25,042 bases of DNA, from positions 1 through 25,042 of IMG/VR virus record IMGVR_UViG_3300034062_002297; one strand, 5' to 3'. This document shows positions 16,433-24,863 of this stretch, in pieces (the first letter of the stretch is position 1; each line of letters starts with the position of its first letter). This stretch comes from a virus. Its lineage: Duplodnaviria > Caudoviricetes. A model generated the notes under the pieces. It worked only from the letters and a program-made list of their open reading frames with translations. It ran no database searches and was not told the DNA's origin. A program made the translations under genes and the position numbers.

Positions 16433-16819
16433 TTATGGTCGTGCGCCGACTACGTCAGCGAAGTAAGTGATCGTTGGGGTTGATCCCGCACCAGCAATAG
16501 TTGCGGTCAATCGAACCTTAGCCGCTGTACCAGCACCAAGAGGGAAATCAATCGGAATGAAGATTTCGTTTGCTTGGGCGGTTGTGGTAAGGGTGATTGT
16601 TGGAGCGGTGGTGGAAGAAACATAGTTTGTTCCGTCAAGGCTCATATCAACCGAGAACACAACGGTATTGGAGCCGGAAGCGTTTGTTGCAGCCGAGTAA
16701 ATTACCCGTGCGAACAAAGGCTTTGGCCCAATGCCGTATGGAACCGTGATCGCTGTTCCATTAGTTGTTGAGGTAACAGTTGTTACCGTTTGTAGAGTTA
16801 AGAGTCCATCTGCTGCCAT
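16433..16819 (-). CDS. probable capsid cement/decoration protein
   Basis: 128 aa, Thr/Ala-rich all-beta protein directly after the major capsid gene. Confidence 0.6.
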   Translation of the reverse strand: MAADGLLTLQTVTTVTSTTNGTAITVPYGIGPKPLFARVIYSAATNASGSNTVVFSVDMSLDGTNYVSSTTAPTITLTTTAQANEIFIPIDFPLGAGTAAKVRLTATIAGAGSTPTITYFADVVGARP

Positions 16820-16820
16820 T

Positions 16821-17837
16821 TTAGCTCACCTTAATGTTGTAGACGCGAGCGATTGCACGGGTGTACGCTTGGTACAGACCGGTTGGCCACTCAAGGAAGA
16901 TTCGGTACATGGACGGTGCGTCTGGTCGCAATCCAATGTTGATTGCTTGCAGAGGAGTCATCTGCCATCCGCTGAACTTATCTTCGCCGTAGTTAACTGC
17001 ATACATGGAAGTGAAGGTGCTAGCACCGTTTGCTCCCGCAGCTGTTTCGGTCGAAGTAATGATTTCAGTTGTCTGGTCAGCTTTCACACCAACGCTTCGT
17101 ACCACCGCGTTTCGGTAGGTCATAACTCGTCGGCCAAAGGCGTCTTGAGTCATGTCGAAACCGCCACCAGCACCAAGTTGCCGAACAGCAGCTGCAAACC
17201 GTCGTCGAAGATCCCGGTTCATGTAGATAACTACATTGTCTCCGTCGGGGTTGCCCATTTCGTCCAACATTTGGTCGGTAAGTCGAATGAGAGTGTTTGC
17301 GTTAGCGGTCGAAAGACCAGCGTTAGAAACGTCAACACCGTTACCGTTGATCTTGCAAGCCGCGTTAGTTCCCCATTGGGTTGTATCGTCCAATCGTTGT
17401 CGAATACCCACCCAAGCGTCAGCATTACCGGTGACGTGGTTGTTGTTGAAGAACTTGTCGGTCATGTCGTAAGACCATGACTTGAGCATCATATCCGATT
17501 GAACCGAAGCAGGGTTGCCCACCGCATTTTGATCCATAAGAATCAATCGGTCAATGTCAATGAGGTTTGACAAGATGTAAGCTTGCTCTTGGAAAGGTGA
17601 AGCGGTTCCGCTTGCAACTACCGAGTCAGCGTTGAGCTTTCTCCAGTTAGCGGCAGGGAGGCCACCGACGATCCGTGCGCCGTTAGCTTTGAGAGTGCCT
17701 TTCGTAGCGAAAGGGATGTCATTGAGAACACTAGACACATCAAGCAGCGAGTAGACGATTTTTTGAATCAAAGGCTCATTGCTTTGAAACGCATACTGCT
17801 GGAGTGTTAGTGATGCTGAGGAAATACCTGTAGGCAT
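16821..17837 (-). CDS. major capsid protein (HK97 fold)
   Basis: 338 aa after the scaffold; SSVLNDIPF, LPAANWRKLN, IDIDR, TSMYAVNYGE, AIARVYNI patterns; GGAG SD. Confidence 0.88.
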   Translation of the reverse strand: MPTGISSASLTLQQYAFQSNEPLIQKIVYSLLDVSSVLNDIPFATKGTLKANGARIVGGLPAANWRKLNADSVVASGTASPFQEQAYILSNLIDIDRLILMDQNAVGNPASVQSDMMLKSWSYDMTDKFFNNNHVTGNADAWVGIRQRLDDTTQWGTNAACKINGNGVDVSNAGLSTANANTLIRLTDQMLDEMGNPDGDNVVIYMNRDLRRRFAAAVRQLGAGGGFDMTQDAFGRRVMTYRNAVVRSVGVKADQTTEIITSTETAAGANGASTFTSMYAVNYGEDKFSGWQMTPLQAINIGLRPDAPSMYRIFLEWPTGLYQAYTRAIARVYNIKVS

Positions 17838-17860
17838 AGTTTTATTGTTTCTCCATTAAG

Positions 17861-17904
17861 TCGTCTCCACGTAAGTTGACCCGCCGTGGGAGCGGGGATG
17901 ACGA
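17861..17904 (-). promoter_or_regulatory. structured RNA element in the scaffold-capsid intergenic region
   Basis: Outer helix TCGTC/GACGA, inner hairpin CCCGC/GCGGG; loop CCACG is complementary to downstream CGTGG. Confidence 0.45.
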
Positions 17905-17921
17905 GTCTGTCCTAAGACATT

Positions 17922-18524
17922 TTATTTCGGCTGAACTCCAGACATTGGAGTTCCCCCTACTGGAGTGACGGATGTAGTACCCGGTAACGATTCCCGAATA
18001 ACATCTCCCCACCCAATTTTGCCCCACTCCGAAGGTGCAGGGACTTTTGGCGGCTCGTATGGCGTTTGAATAACGCCGGGAGCCATTCCACCCGTTGGAG
18101 TTCCAGCACGATTGACTTCAACAGGTGTTGTTGGCAAAAGTGCTTTGGCATCTTGCAAAAGCGACAACCGTTCGGCATAAGTCTGACCGGACGAACTCAA
18201 TCGCTCCAATCGTCCTCTATGCTCCTCGGGAACGCTTGCTAGTTCGTTTGTATACTGGTTCTGCAAGTGCTGACGGTACTTTTCCGTCTCCGCTTGCAAA
18301 GGAGTAAGTTCCTGAACTTTCTTGAGTGCGTCTTCCCGCTCGGCGCGAAGTCTTTCGATCTCGCTCATCTTCTCGCGCTCCAATGCAGTTGCTTTATCTG
18401 CTTCTGCTTGGGCTTGCGCTTGGAACGCTTGGGCTTGCGCTTGGGCTTCCTTGAGTTGCGCTTCTAGGTTTTTAGCGTGATCCCGAATCTCTTTGATTGG
18501 AAGTGATTCTTCAATCTCACTCAT
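17922..18524 (-). CDS. capsid scaffolding protein
   Basis: Long E/Q/A coiled coil (EKMSEIERLRAERE), Pro/Gly-rich C-terminus, directly upstream of the capsid gene. ATG 18524 has a GAGG SD. Confidence 0.8.
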   Translation of the reverse strand: MSEIEESLPIKEIRDHAKNLEAQLKEAQAQAQAFQAQAQAEADKATALEREKMSEIERLRAEREDALKKVQELTPLQAETEKYRQHLQNQYTNELASVPEEHRGRLERLSSSGQTYAERLSLLQDAKALLPTTPVEVNRAGTPTGGMAPGVIQTPYEPPKVPAPSEWGKIGWGDVIRESLPGTTSVTPVGGTPMSGVQPK

Positions 18525-18924
18525 TGTCGGCCTCTGCTTCCGCGTTTGCAAGGTCTACAAGAGTAACTTCCGGAGTGACGCCCGGTGCATTGTCAAGAAC
18601 CGCTTCTTGCTTCTTTCCCTTTTTCTTTTCGACAACGCGAAGGTATACGTTGCAATGAGTTTCTTCGTCCCATTCCAACCACTTCACCTTAACGCCACCG
18701 AGTTCAGTTGAAACAAGATGATCTTCATACGGATTACCCTCATACGGTTGGCCGTAGAAAACAGGTGCGTCCTCGGGGCCGTCAAACGTGTTGGTAATCG
18801 GATCGTAGTTGCAAACGAATCCTCTTCGTTTTGCTGCTACCCAATCGTATGCTTTTTCTTCCGCAACTTGCAATGCCGCGTTTTCAGCGTCTTCAATGAT
18901 TTGTGCTTTTGTTTTGTTAGCCAT
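18517..18924 (-). CDS. hypothetical head-region protein (135 aa)
   Basis: ORF between portal and scaffold, overlapping the scaffold start. Confidence 0.7.
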   Translation of the reverse strand: MANKTKAQIIEDAENAALQVAEEKAYDWVAAKRRGFVCNYDPITNTFDGPEDAPVFYGQPYEGNPYEDHLVSTELGGVKVKWLEWDEETHCNVYLRVVEKKKGKKQEAVLDNAPGVTPEVTLVDLANAEAEADNE

Positions 18925-18980
18925 GATTTTTCTCTGCATTTAGCCACCGCAGGAGGTGGCTTGACCGTTTGGTCAAATTG

Positions 18981-20513
18981 TTATCCTTCTGTTGGCAAAA
19001 TAGGGATCTCGGTAAAACCTTCGTAGCCTTCTTCCTTCTTTTGCTCTTCGTCTTCTTTCTCTTCGACTTCCATGATTTGTGCTACGTTAGCCCCAATAGC
19101 CTTGAGAGCGAATTCTTTTTGGATTTCTTCTATCAATACGTCAACGTCAATAACAGAATCCTTAGCTGCAACATACCTGATTGCGCGGTCAATGGTGGTA
19201 AGGTTGTTTTGTACTAGATACACTTGACGCTCGGCAGCTTCCATCAATTCCGCTTCTGCAAGCGAGAAGTAAGCGGGCCACACGGCTTGAACGTCTTCGA
19301 CCTCATCCCATCCTTCAACCCCGGCGTTTCGCATTCCTATACCCATGCGCTCAAAGAACACGCAAAGTCCGTCTTCACCGTAGCATTGGCGTTTCTCTTC
19401 CGTTCGGTCAATAAGAGGAGCGTAAAGTTGGTGCATGACCGCCGCCGTCATGTACCCTTTGTTGGTAACGTCGGCGTAGTCAAGATCCACGCAACCGGTC
19501 GCGTCGTAAAGCTGACTCATCAGTTCCTCGGCGTACCGATTAAGATAAATTCGGAAATCCGGATCTTGCTCAAACTGCCAAATCTTACCTTGGTTGCTTG
19601 AGCCATCCTTGGTTTCGAGTACGTCAACCTCGGTGGGGCCGGCAGACGTGTTGGCTTCGTTCTCTGGAGCGGCAAGGTCAATAAACGCCTTGTTGGGGTT
19701 AACGATTTGCTGGTTTGACTTATGTTCCAGATCGCGGGTGAAGTTGATTAAGTCAACAATGTTGTAGAACCGCCAAAGATCGCCAAGACCGTATTGAGTG
19801 CCGTCCTCCCGGTTCTTGATGTACCAAAATGGGATAACCTTGAACGGGTTCTTTTCGGTGTACTCAATTTCCCAATGCTCGAAACCGTCAACTTTTCTTG
19901 CTGTTGTATACGGGTCTGAAATCTGATGTTCGCTAATTTGAGCTACCGGAACGGGTTTGTAAACAATGTGGGTTTTGTCCGTCCAGTCCTCCCTGCACCA
20001 TTCATAATGACCCTTGACGTGATTCCAGACGGGAACTTGGGTTCTGACCATCAGTAGACGGTCGGTATACATAGAGTCCCAATAAAAACGTGTTTGCTCG
20101 GCAGGATCCAGAACGTCAATCTTTACCCCACCTTCTTCTTTGTCGTACCACCATTTGAGCGCAACCCCGCCGGACAACGCACCAATTCGACCAATGACTA
20201 ACGACCGTCTGGTCATGTCGTTGTTTGTCCAAGTATCAGTTACCGTTTCCGTTCCAGAATTTGTCTCGCACCGAAACGTTAGCGGGCGGGCAAAAAGGAA
20301 CTGAACCCCTTTCTCAACAATGTGATTGACAAACGGTAAGCAGCGCGGGAACGGGCCTCTATCCTCAATCTTCCAGTCCCTTGTCATCTGAGAATATTGG
20401 GGATACGGAAAGAGGTCGTGATATGCCCTTGCAGCGCGGGAAATGTTACGAATCAATTCGTAGCCCGGTGGGTTATGCGGAGTCCCTAATAATAAATCTG
20501 GATTGGTGTGCAT
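18981..20513 (-). CDS. portal protein (SPP1 gp6-like)
   Basis: 510 aa after TerL; NPFKVIPFWYIKN...G.GDL...IVDLIN pattern; acidic C-terminus. Confidence 0.88.
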   Translation of the reverse strand: MHTNPDLLLGTPHNPPGYELIRNISRAARAYHDLFPYPQYSQMTRDWKIEDRGPFPRCLPFVNHIVEKGVQFLFARPLTFRCETNSGTETVTDTWTNNDMTRRSLVIGRIGALSGGVALKWWYDKEEGGVKIDVLDPAEQTRFYWDSMYTDRLLMVRTQVPVWNHVKGHYEWCREDWTDKTHIVYKPVPVAQISEHQISDPYTTARKVDGFEHWEIEYTEKNPFKVIPFWYIKNREDGTQYGLGDLWRFYNIVDLINFTRDLEHKSNQQIVNPNKAFIDLAAPENEANTSAGPTEVDVLETKDGSSNQGKIWQFEQDPDFRIYLNRYAEELMSQLYDATGCVDLDYADVTNKGYMTAAVMHQLYAPLIDRTEEKRQCYGEDGLCVFFERMGIGMRNAGVEGWDEVEDVQAVWPAYFSLAEAELMEAAERQVYLVQNNLTTIDRAIRYVAAKDSVIDVDVLIEEIQKEFALKAIGANVAQIMEVEEKEDEEQKKEEGYEGFTEIPILPTEG

Positions 20514-20514
20514 A

Positions 20515-21957
20515 TCAAATGTACGTTCTTTGCTTGGTTGGCAACCGTAGTTGCTTCTTAAACTTCAATGCTATGTCGGAAAACGCCCCGCTTGAAGCGT
20601 CTACCATATCGTCGTTCTTCCCGTTTGGAAACGTCCTATGCTCTTCAACGTAGTCCCGATTCCATGCCCCTTTTACTATTGTAACATTCCCGGCGTTTAC
20701 TTGCGAGGCAAAAGTATCGGCCCTTGTTGTCTTGCTTCCTGTTTCCCTTACCTTGGTTACCTTGTAGCCGGAAAACATTCGGATAAATCCCAACGCTTGG
20801 TCTTTGCCCGCGCTTCCCGGATCTTCCGGAACAATGATTTTGACTTTTGTTCCATCCCATTTGGCGGTAAGAAGCATCTTCTTGTTTCGTTCGTCCGTTC
20901 CTTCTTGGAAGCGTACACAATCTAAGACGTAATATCTTCCTTCCGCGTCTCTGCCAATTTTGACCCCGGCGGTGTAGTCACCTTTGCCGACGGACGCTGC
21001 AATGTCCCATTTCCTGACCTCGTACACCATTGGCGGTAACTCGGCTTCCGATATAAACTTGAACTGGTTAATCTGAAACAACGAGCCGCCCCGAGCGGTC
21101 GGAGATCCTTGGAACAAACTCTGAAAGTTGTAGTCCCCCATTTCGGCTCGTTGAGCTTCTAAAAAGTCTACTGGTTTTTGCTCCGGCCATAACGCTTCAC
21201 CCGGCAATCTGCCTAGAACGTCATCCTCTGTTGCGATTGCAGGAAGGTTAATGTGCGTCCAACTAGGATCCCCCTCTGCTTTGATTCGACCAATAAGATC
21301 GTCTTCATGCCACCTTGTAGCAATGACAAAGACGCGGGTTTGAGGCCAAAACCGTTGAACGATACTTCCCGTCCACCAATCCCAAATAATGTTTCTGATT
21401 GCTTCGCTTTCTGCTTGTTCCCTAGAATTGATAGGGTCATCGCAAACCAGCAAGCTAATCGGGTTAATCCCCGTCGGAGCGTTCCCTACGCCGCGAGCCA
21501 CTAGCCTTGCGCCGTTCTTCAAGTGCCAATCCGACATGGCGTTGGAACTTTTGTCTAGAACGCCTAGGTCGTCGGCTAGATTTCTTGTTGGACGGGACAA
21601 GTTCTTCTCGGCAAACTCTTGGTTGTAACCGGTAAATACAATAGCGTCATTGGGATTTCTCAGCCCCCAATAGATCGGCAACCTAACAGTCACCGTATCG
21701 GTTTTGGCGTGGCCGGGTGGCATGGATAACGTCACCCGGCGAAGATCGCCGCTGACCACTTGGTCAATGATCCTGCAAATGTAGTCTATGTGCCTAGCGG
21801 GGCCGTAGTACGCTGGAATGGTTGTCTTGTACCATTCACTAAACGTCGGATTCGCTCTCAGAAGTCTGTCCAGCTCTTCTCTTTCTTGCTTGGTCAAGTA
21901 TGGCAGACATTCTAGCAAGTCTTTCTTCATCTGTAAAGGATTCGATCGCTTTGCCAT
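20515..21957 (-). CDS. terL: terminase large subunit
   Basis: Walker A MPPGHAKT, Walker B LLVCDDP, ATRWHEDDL, nuclease motifs WDIAAS..GDYT and NDDMVDASS. Start at 21957 or 21930. Confidence 0.95.
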   Translation of the reverse strand: MAKRSNPLQMKKDLLECLPYLTKQEREELDRLLRANPTFSEWYKTTIPAYYGPARHIDYICRIIDQVVSGDLRRVTLSMPPGHAKTDTVTVRLPIYWGLRNPNDAIVFTGYNQEFAEKNLSRPTRNLADDLGVLDKSSNAMSDWHLKNGARLVARGVGNAPTGINPISLLVCDDPINSREQAESEAIRNIIWDWWTGSIVQRFWPQTRVFVIATRWHEDDLIGRIKAEGDPSWTHINLPAIATEDDVLGRLPGEALWPEQKPVDFLEAQRAEMGDYNFQSLFQGSPTARGGSLFQINQFKFISEAELPPMVYEVRKWDIAASVGKGDYTAGVKIGRDAEGRYYVLDCVRFQEGTDERNKKMLLTAKWDGTKVKIIVPEDPGSAGKDQALGFIRMFSGYKVTKVRETGSKTTRADTFASQVNAGNVTIVKGAWNRDYVEEHRTFPNGKNDDMVDASSGAFSDIALKFKKQLRLPTKQRTYI

Positions 21958-22330
21958 CTGTTGTTAAGTCTACTTGAGATTTTTCGCCGTAGATCTTTGG
22001 CAACACCTTACACGCTACCCATTTCCTTGTATCTACCCGCAATCTGGCGCGTTGGATATTCTCGTTGTCTACGATTCGCTTGCCGTCAATTACCTTGTAG
22101 TCTTTCGACGAATCGTCGGCAATGGTCATAATCTCGTCAACGTATTTTTCGGCTTGGATCTCCCTTGCCCGCTTGTACAACTCGGCAAACGGATGCTCTT
22201 TGTTGAACGCCCACCGGTAAATGGTATCCGCGCTTGGCATATCTTTATCCTTGCAGATAGTAATTACCGATTCACCCATGATCATTCGGGTGCAGATCGT
22301 TTGCGCTAATTTGTCAGAGTAAACAGGCAT
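21839..22330 (-). CDS. terS: terminase small subunit (Sf6-like)
   Basis: YSDKLAQTIC..GES...IC....MPS..TIYRW HTH, YKRARE..A, RARLRVDTRKW...K..PKIYG. ATG 22330. Confidence 0.9.
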   Translation of the reverse strand: MPVYSDKLAQTICTRMIMGESVITICKDKDMPSADTIYRWAFNKEHPFAELYKRAREIQAEKYVDEIMTIADDSSKDYKVIDGKRIVDNENIQRARLRVDTRKWVACKVLPKIYGEKSQVDLTTDGKAIESFTDEERLARMSAILDQARKRRAGQTSESESDV

Positions 22331-22346
22331 ACAGTTATTAGACGTC

Positions 22347-22544
22347 TCAGAGACGAATTTCGGCAATAAGTTTGTCAGCAACCTCGCCTTGGCCGCCTAG
22401 TATGAGAAGACGTTTGACCGCATTGACATACTTTACGATGTCAGGAATTAGGTCAGGGTCTATCTTGAACACCATGATGCCCATGTTTGGAAACAATGGG
22501 CCTCCAACCTTGATACCGAACCGAAAGTTAGCTTTCTTGTTCAT
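22347..22544 (-). CDS. hypothetical protein (65 aa)
   Basis: ATGA overlap with the upstream gene; fills the operon. Confidence 0.6.
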   Translation of the reverse strand: MNKKANFRFGIKVGGPLFPNMGIMVFKIDPDLIPDIVKYVNAVKRLLILGGQGEVADKLIAEIRL

Positions 22545-22729
22545 ACCAAGTTACCAAACCCGGCGGCTGCAACCGCCCCGGTCACCGCGCCCATGAAATA
22601 CCGCTTGATGGCAAGTTTCCAGTCAAAGACGTCTAACGCCGACTGCTTCCACTTGTCCAAATCTACCATTACCGCCGAAATGAAACCGGAAACCGCTCCG
22701 GCAATGATCTTCTTTACTAATTCGTTCAT
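22541..22729 (-). CDS. holin-like small membrane protein (two hydrophobic helices)
   Basis: 62 aa; AGGAG SD; IIAGAVSGFISAVMV and YFMGAVTGAVAAAGF segments; near the endolysin. Confidence 0.55.
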   Translation of the reverse strand: MNELVKKIIAGAVSGFISAVMVDLDKWKQSALDVFDWKLAIKRYFMGAVTGAVAAAGFGNLV

Positions 22730-22738
22730 TTGTTTCTC

Positions 22739-23602
22739 CTATTGTATCAGTCTGGAATCAATCCTCAAACTTTTCTTGTACTGTACCTGCTCTTCTGCCA
22801 TCTTTAGTTCCAGAATCGCGCCACCCGACATCTGAGGTGCTAAATTCCAGCCCATAGCATAACTTGGAGAGGCTTCACCCTCCCCGTAGGTCGAGAGGTA
22901 GCTTCCGGTCATAATGCAAGTCACTTTTTTGGTCTTGTGGGTGTTGGTACGGTTATCGTACACCACCTTTGTTGCGCCCGGATCCGAAATTCGATTGTGC
23001 TTGTGACCAATCCAAATGGCGTCAACGTCACCCTGCCAAATCATCATCCGCTGAAAGTCAATCATTCCTTTGGTCATGGGAGCTGACCCTCCTGCACCGT
23101 GGTGACGGTAGATGAGGTAATTGCTTCTCTTGGTATCCCGAATCAGCCTGATATTCCAGTACCCGCACCATCCACCGTTCTCTATCTTGACGTTTGGCAA
23201 CTGATTGAGCCGGTACAACAAAATAGATAGCACGTCAACGTGGTGACGCTTGTAGACGTGGGCTTCATGGTTTCCTATCCCAATAAATTTAATCTTGTGG
23301 GCATACGGTTTGATGAATTCGTAGGCAATCTCTATGGCCGCGTCAATCGGTTTGACCCCCTGCTGAATCATTGCCCTATCTAGTGCGTCTAGGTCGAACC
23401 GCTTGAGATCCGACGGCAATACGAGGTCAAACACGTCTCCGTTGATGCCAACGGTGCAGTCATTCTCCACCATGTACTCAAAATCGGCCTTGAGTGCTTT
23501 TTTGATAAGCGATGAACTACCAAAGTGAAGATCCGACATCAACCCTATCCGCACCCGATCACTTAACGAATCGGTATGGAATTCGGATACAAAGTGTTTC
23601 AA
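22739..23602 (-). CDS. calcineurin-like metallophosphoesterase
   Basis: Motifs SDLHFG, NGDVFD, GNHE, HHG, GHKH. TTG start 1 nt after the upstream stop. Confidence 0.88.
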   Translation of the reverse strand: MKHFVSEFHTDSLSDRVRIGLMSDLHFGSSSLIKKALKADFEYMVENDCTVGINGDVFDLVLPSDLKRFDLDALDRAMIQQGVKPIDAAIEIAYEFIKPYAHKIKFIGIGNHEAHVYKRHHVDVLSILLYRLNQLPNVKIENGGWCGYWNIRLIRDTKRSNYLIYRHHGAGGSAPMTKGMIDFQRMMIWQGDVDAIWIGHKHNRISDPGATKVVYDNRTNTHKTKKVTCIMTGSYLSTYGEGEASPSYAMGWNLAPQMSGGAILELKMAEEQVQYKKSLRIDSRLIQ

Positions 23603-23603
23603 G

Positions 23604-23849
23604 TTATCCCCTTCGGCGGTCTTCTAGCAAAATGTCCACTTTAGCGGACAAATCGGATATTTGTTGGGGAACTTGTCTTAGCGCGTCCCTATCAATCTCT
23701 AATTGATTGACTTTTTGGTGCAGTTTGCCCATGTGGAACACCCCGCCTACCATCGGAACCAACCAACCCCATACGGAGTTAATGAGATTACTGAAAAACT
23801 GGAACAGCTCAAAGCTGCTTGCTGGACTTTGGTCGGGAGGCGTAGGCAT
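23604..23849 (-). CDS. small membrane/coiled-coil protein (holin or lysis accessory)
   Basis: One hydrophobic helix then a heptad repeat (ISDLSAKVDILL); directly after the endolysin. Confidence 0.55.
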   Translation of the reverse strand: MPTPPDQSPASSFELFQFFSNLINSVWGWLVPMVGGVFHMGKLHQKVNQLEIDRDALRQVPQQISDLSAKVDILLEDRRRG

Positions 23850-23866
23850 AGGGCATCAATAAAAGG

Positions 23867-24397
23867 TTAGAGCGCAATGAAATGCGTCCATGACGTCTTA
23901 GACCGCGTTCTCCGGTAACACCCGCCACCGTCGCGCTGGTTGCCCACTACGCCCGGAGTCGTGTTCCCTTCGATACTGTCTAAAATTGCTCGTCCCGCTT
24001 GGTTGATAATGCCGATATGATTGCCTCCAGCCCGTCGCCAAAGACACAAATAACCGCGCTCGGGTTTATCGGTGATTCGACCGTTGGCTTTGGCCCATTG
24101 ATACCATGAATCAACCGCTGCACTTGCCCGATCACTTGGCCCCGCTTCATATTTCGCAACATCACAACAAAATTCTATTAACGCCGCGCACCAAGGGTAG
24201 CCACCGGGCAAATTAACCGCTCCAAGTATGGCTTCGACCCACTCACCGTGGTTGTTTGACGTCTCCCTGACCTTAATGTCGTCTGCAAGCACACTTGCAG
24301 CAAGTACCACGCGCTCTTTGCCTTCTAATTGCCAATAATTGGCATACCGGGCAAGCAAAATCTCTCTTACCTTGGCGATTGCTTCTTGCGTAGTCAT
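23867..24397 (-). CDS. CHAP-domain endolysin
   Basis: PWCAAL (catalytic Cys), NHIGII (His), SIEGNT. ATG 24397 (MTTQEAI) preferred. Confidence 0.85.
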   Translation of the reverse strand: MTTQEAIAKVREILLARYANYWQLEGKERVVLAASVLADDIKVRETSNNHGEWVEAILGAVNLPGGYPWCAALIEFCCDVAKYEAGPSDRASAAVDSWYQWAKANGRITDKPERGYLCLWRRAGGNHIGIINQAGRAILDSIEGNTTPGVVGNQRDGGGCYRRTRSKTSWTHFIAL

Positions 24398-24412
24398 TTT
24401 GAGTCCCGTGTC

Positions 24413-24456
24413 AATAAAAACGGGGCCGCAGAGAAACCGAAAACCCTGCAAGCCCC
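24413..24456 (-). terminator. terminator-like hairpin in the late-operon leader
   Basis: Minus strand GGGGC(T)TGCAGGG-loop-CTCTGCGGCCCC followed by GTTTTTATT, about 15 nt before the endolysin ATG. Confidence 0.6.
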
Positions 24457-24513
24457 AATGGTGGACACACACACCAACCAAGAGCGGACACAAAAACGCC
24501 CAAGATCCATTAC

Positions 24514-24519
24514 ATTATA
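24514..24519 (-). promoter_or_regulatory. candidate late promoter -10 box
   Basis: TATAAT on the minus strand with A/T tracts upstream; no well-spaced -35. Confidence 0.45.
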
Positions 24520-24863
24520 CTTGAACTTGGTCAAATTGGTTCCAAAATTTCAAAAATTTTATACCCCACCCCCATTTTTGATTTTTCAACTTTCAGGGGT
24601 AGGCCGATTGCTGTTTTGACCCGCCACCAGCAGCGTTTTCACTTTTGAAAAACGCCTACAAGCCAAAATTTATTGCTATCATATTGGGGTCTAATAAAGT
24701 AGCATCTTCGGCTCTACAGGGTAGTTTAAACTTTTTCAGGTTACTGTTTAAGCCATTTATAAGCGTACCGATTATTAGATAGTTGGCATATGAGCAGTGT
24801 ATAGGATTCAACCTCTCAGCGTTTTCTGAGCGTAGCGTAGGAAAACGCGAAATTTTTTTTTGG

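Noticed and set aside
16731-17480. 249-aa antisense ORF opposite the major capsid gene, and 8855..9457 opposite the hub gene
   Set aside because: No recognisable motifs; explained by codon bias of the sense genes.
24409-24414. Perfect TTGACA on the minus strand just upstream of the endolysin
   Set aside because: No -10 box at 16-18 nt spacing. Likewise TTGACC near 24529-24534 is only 9 nt from TATAAT.
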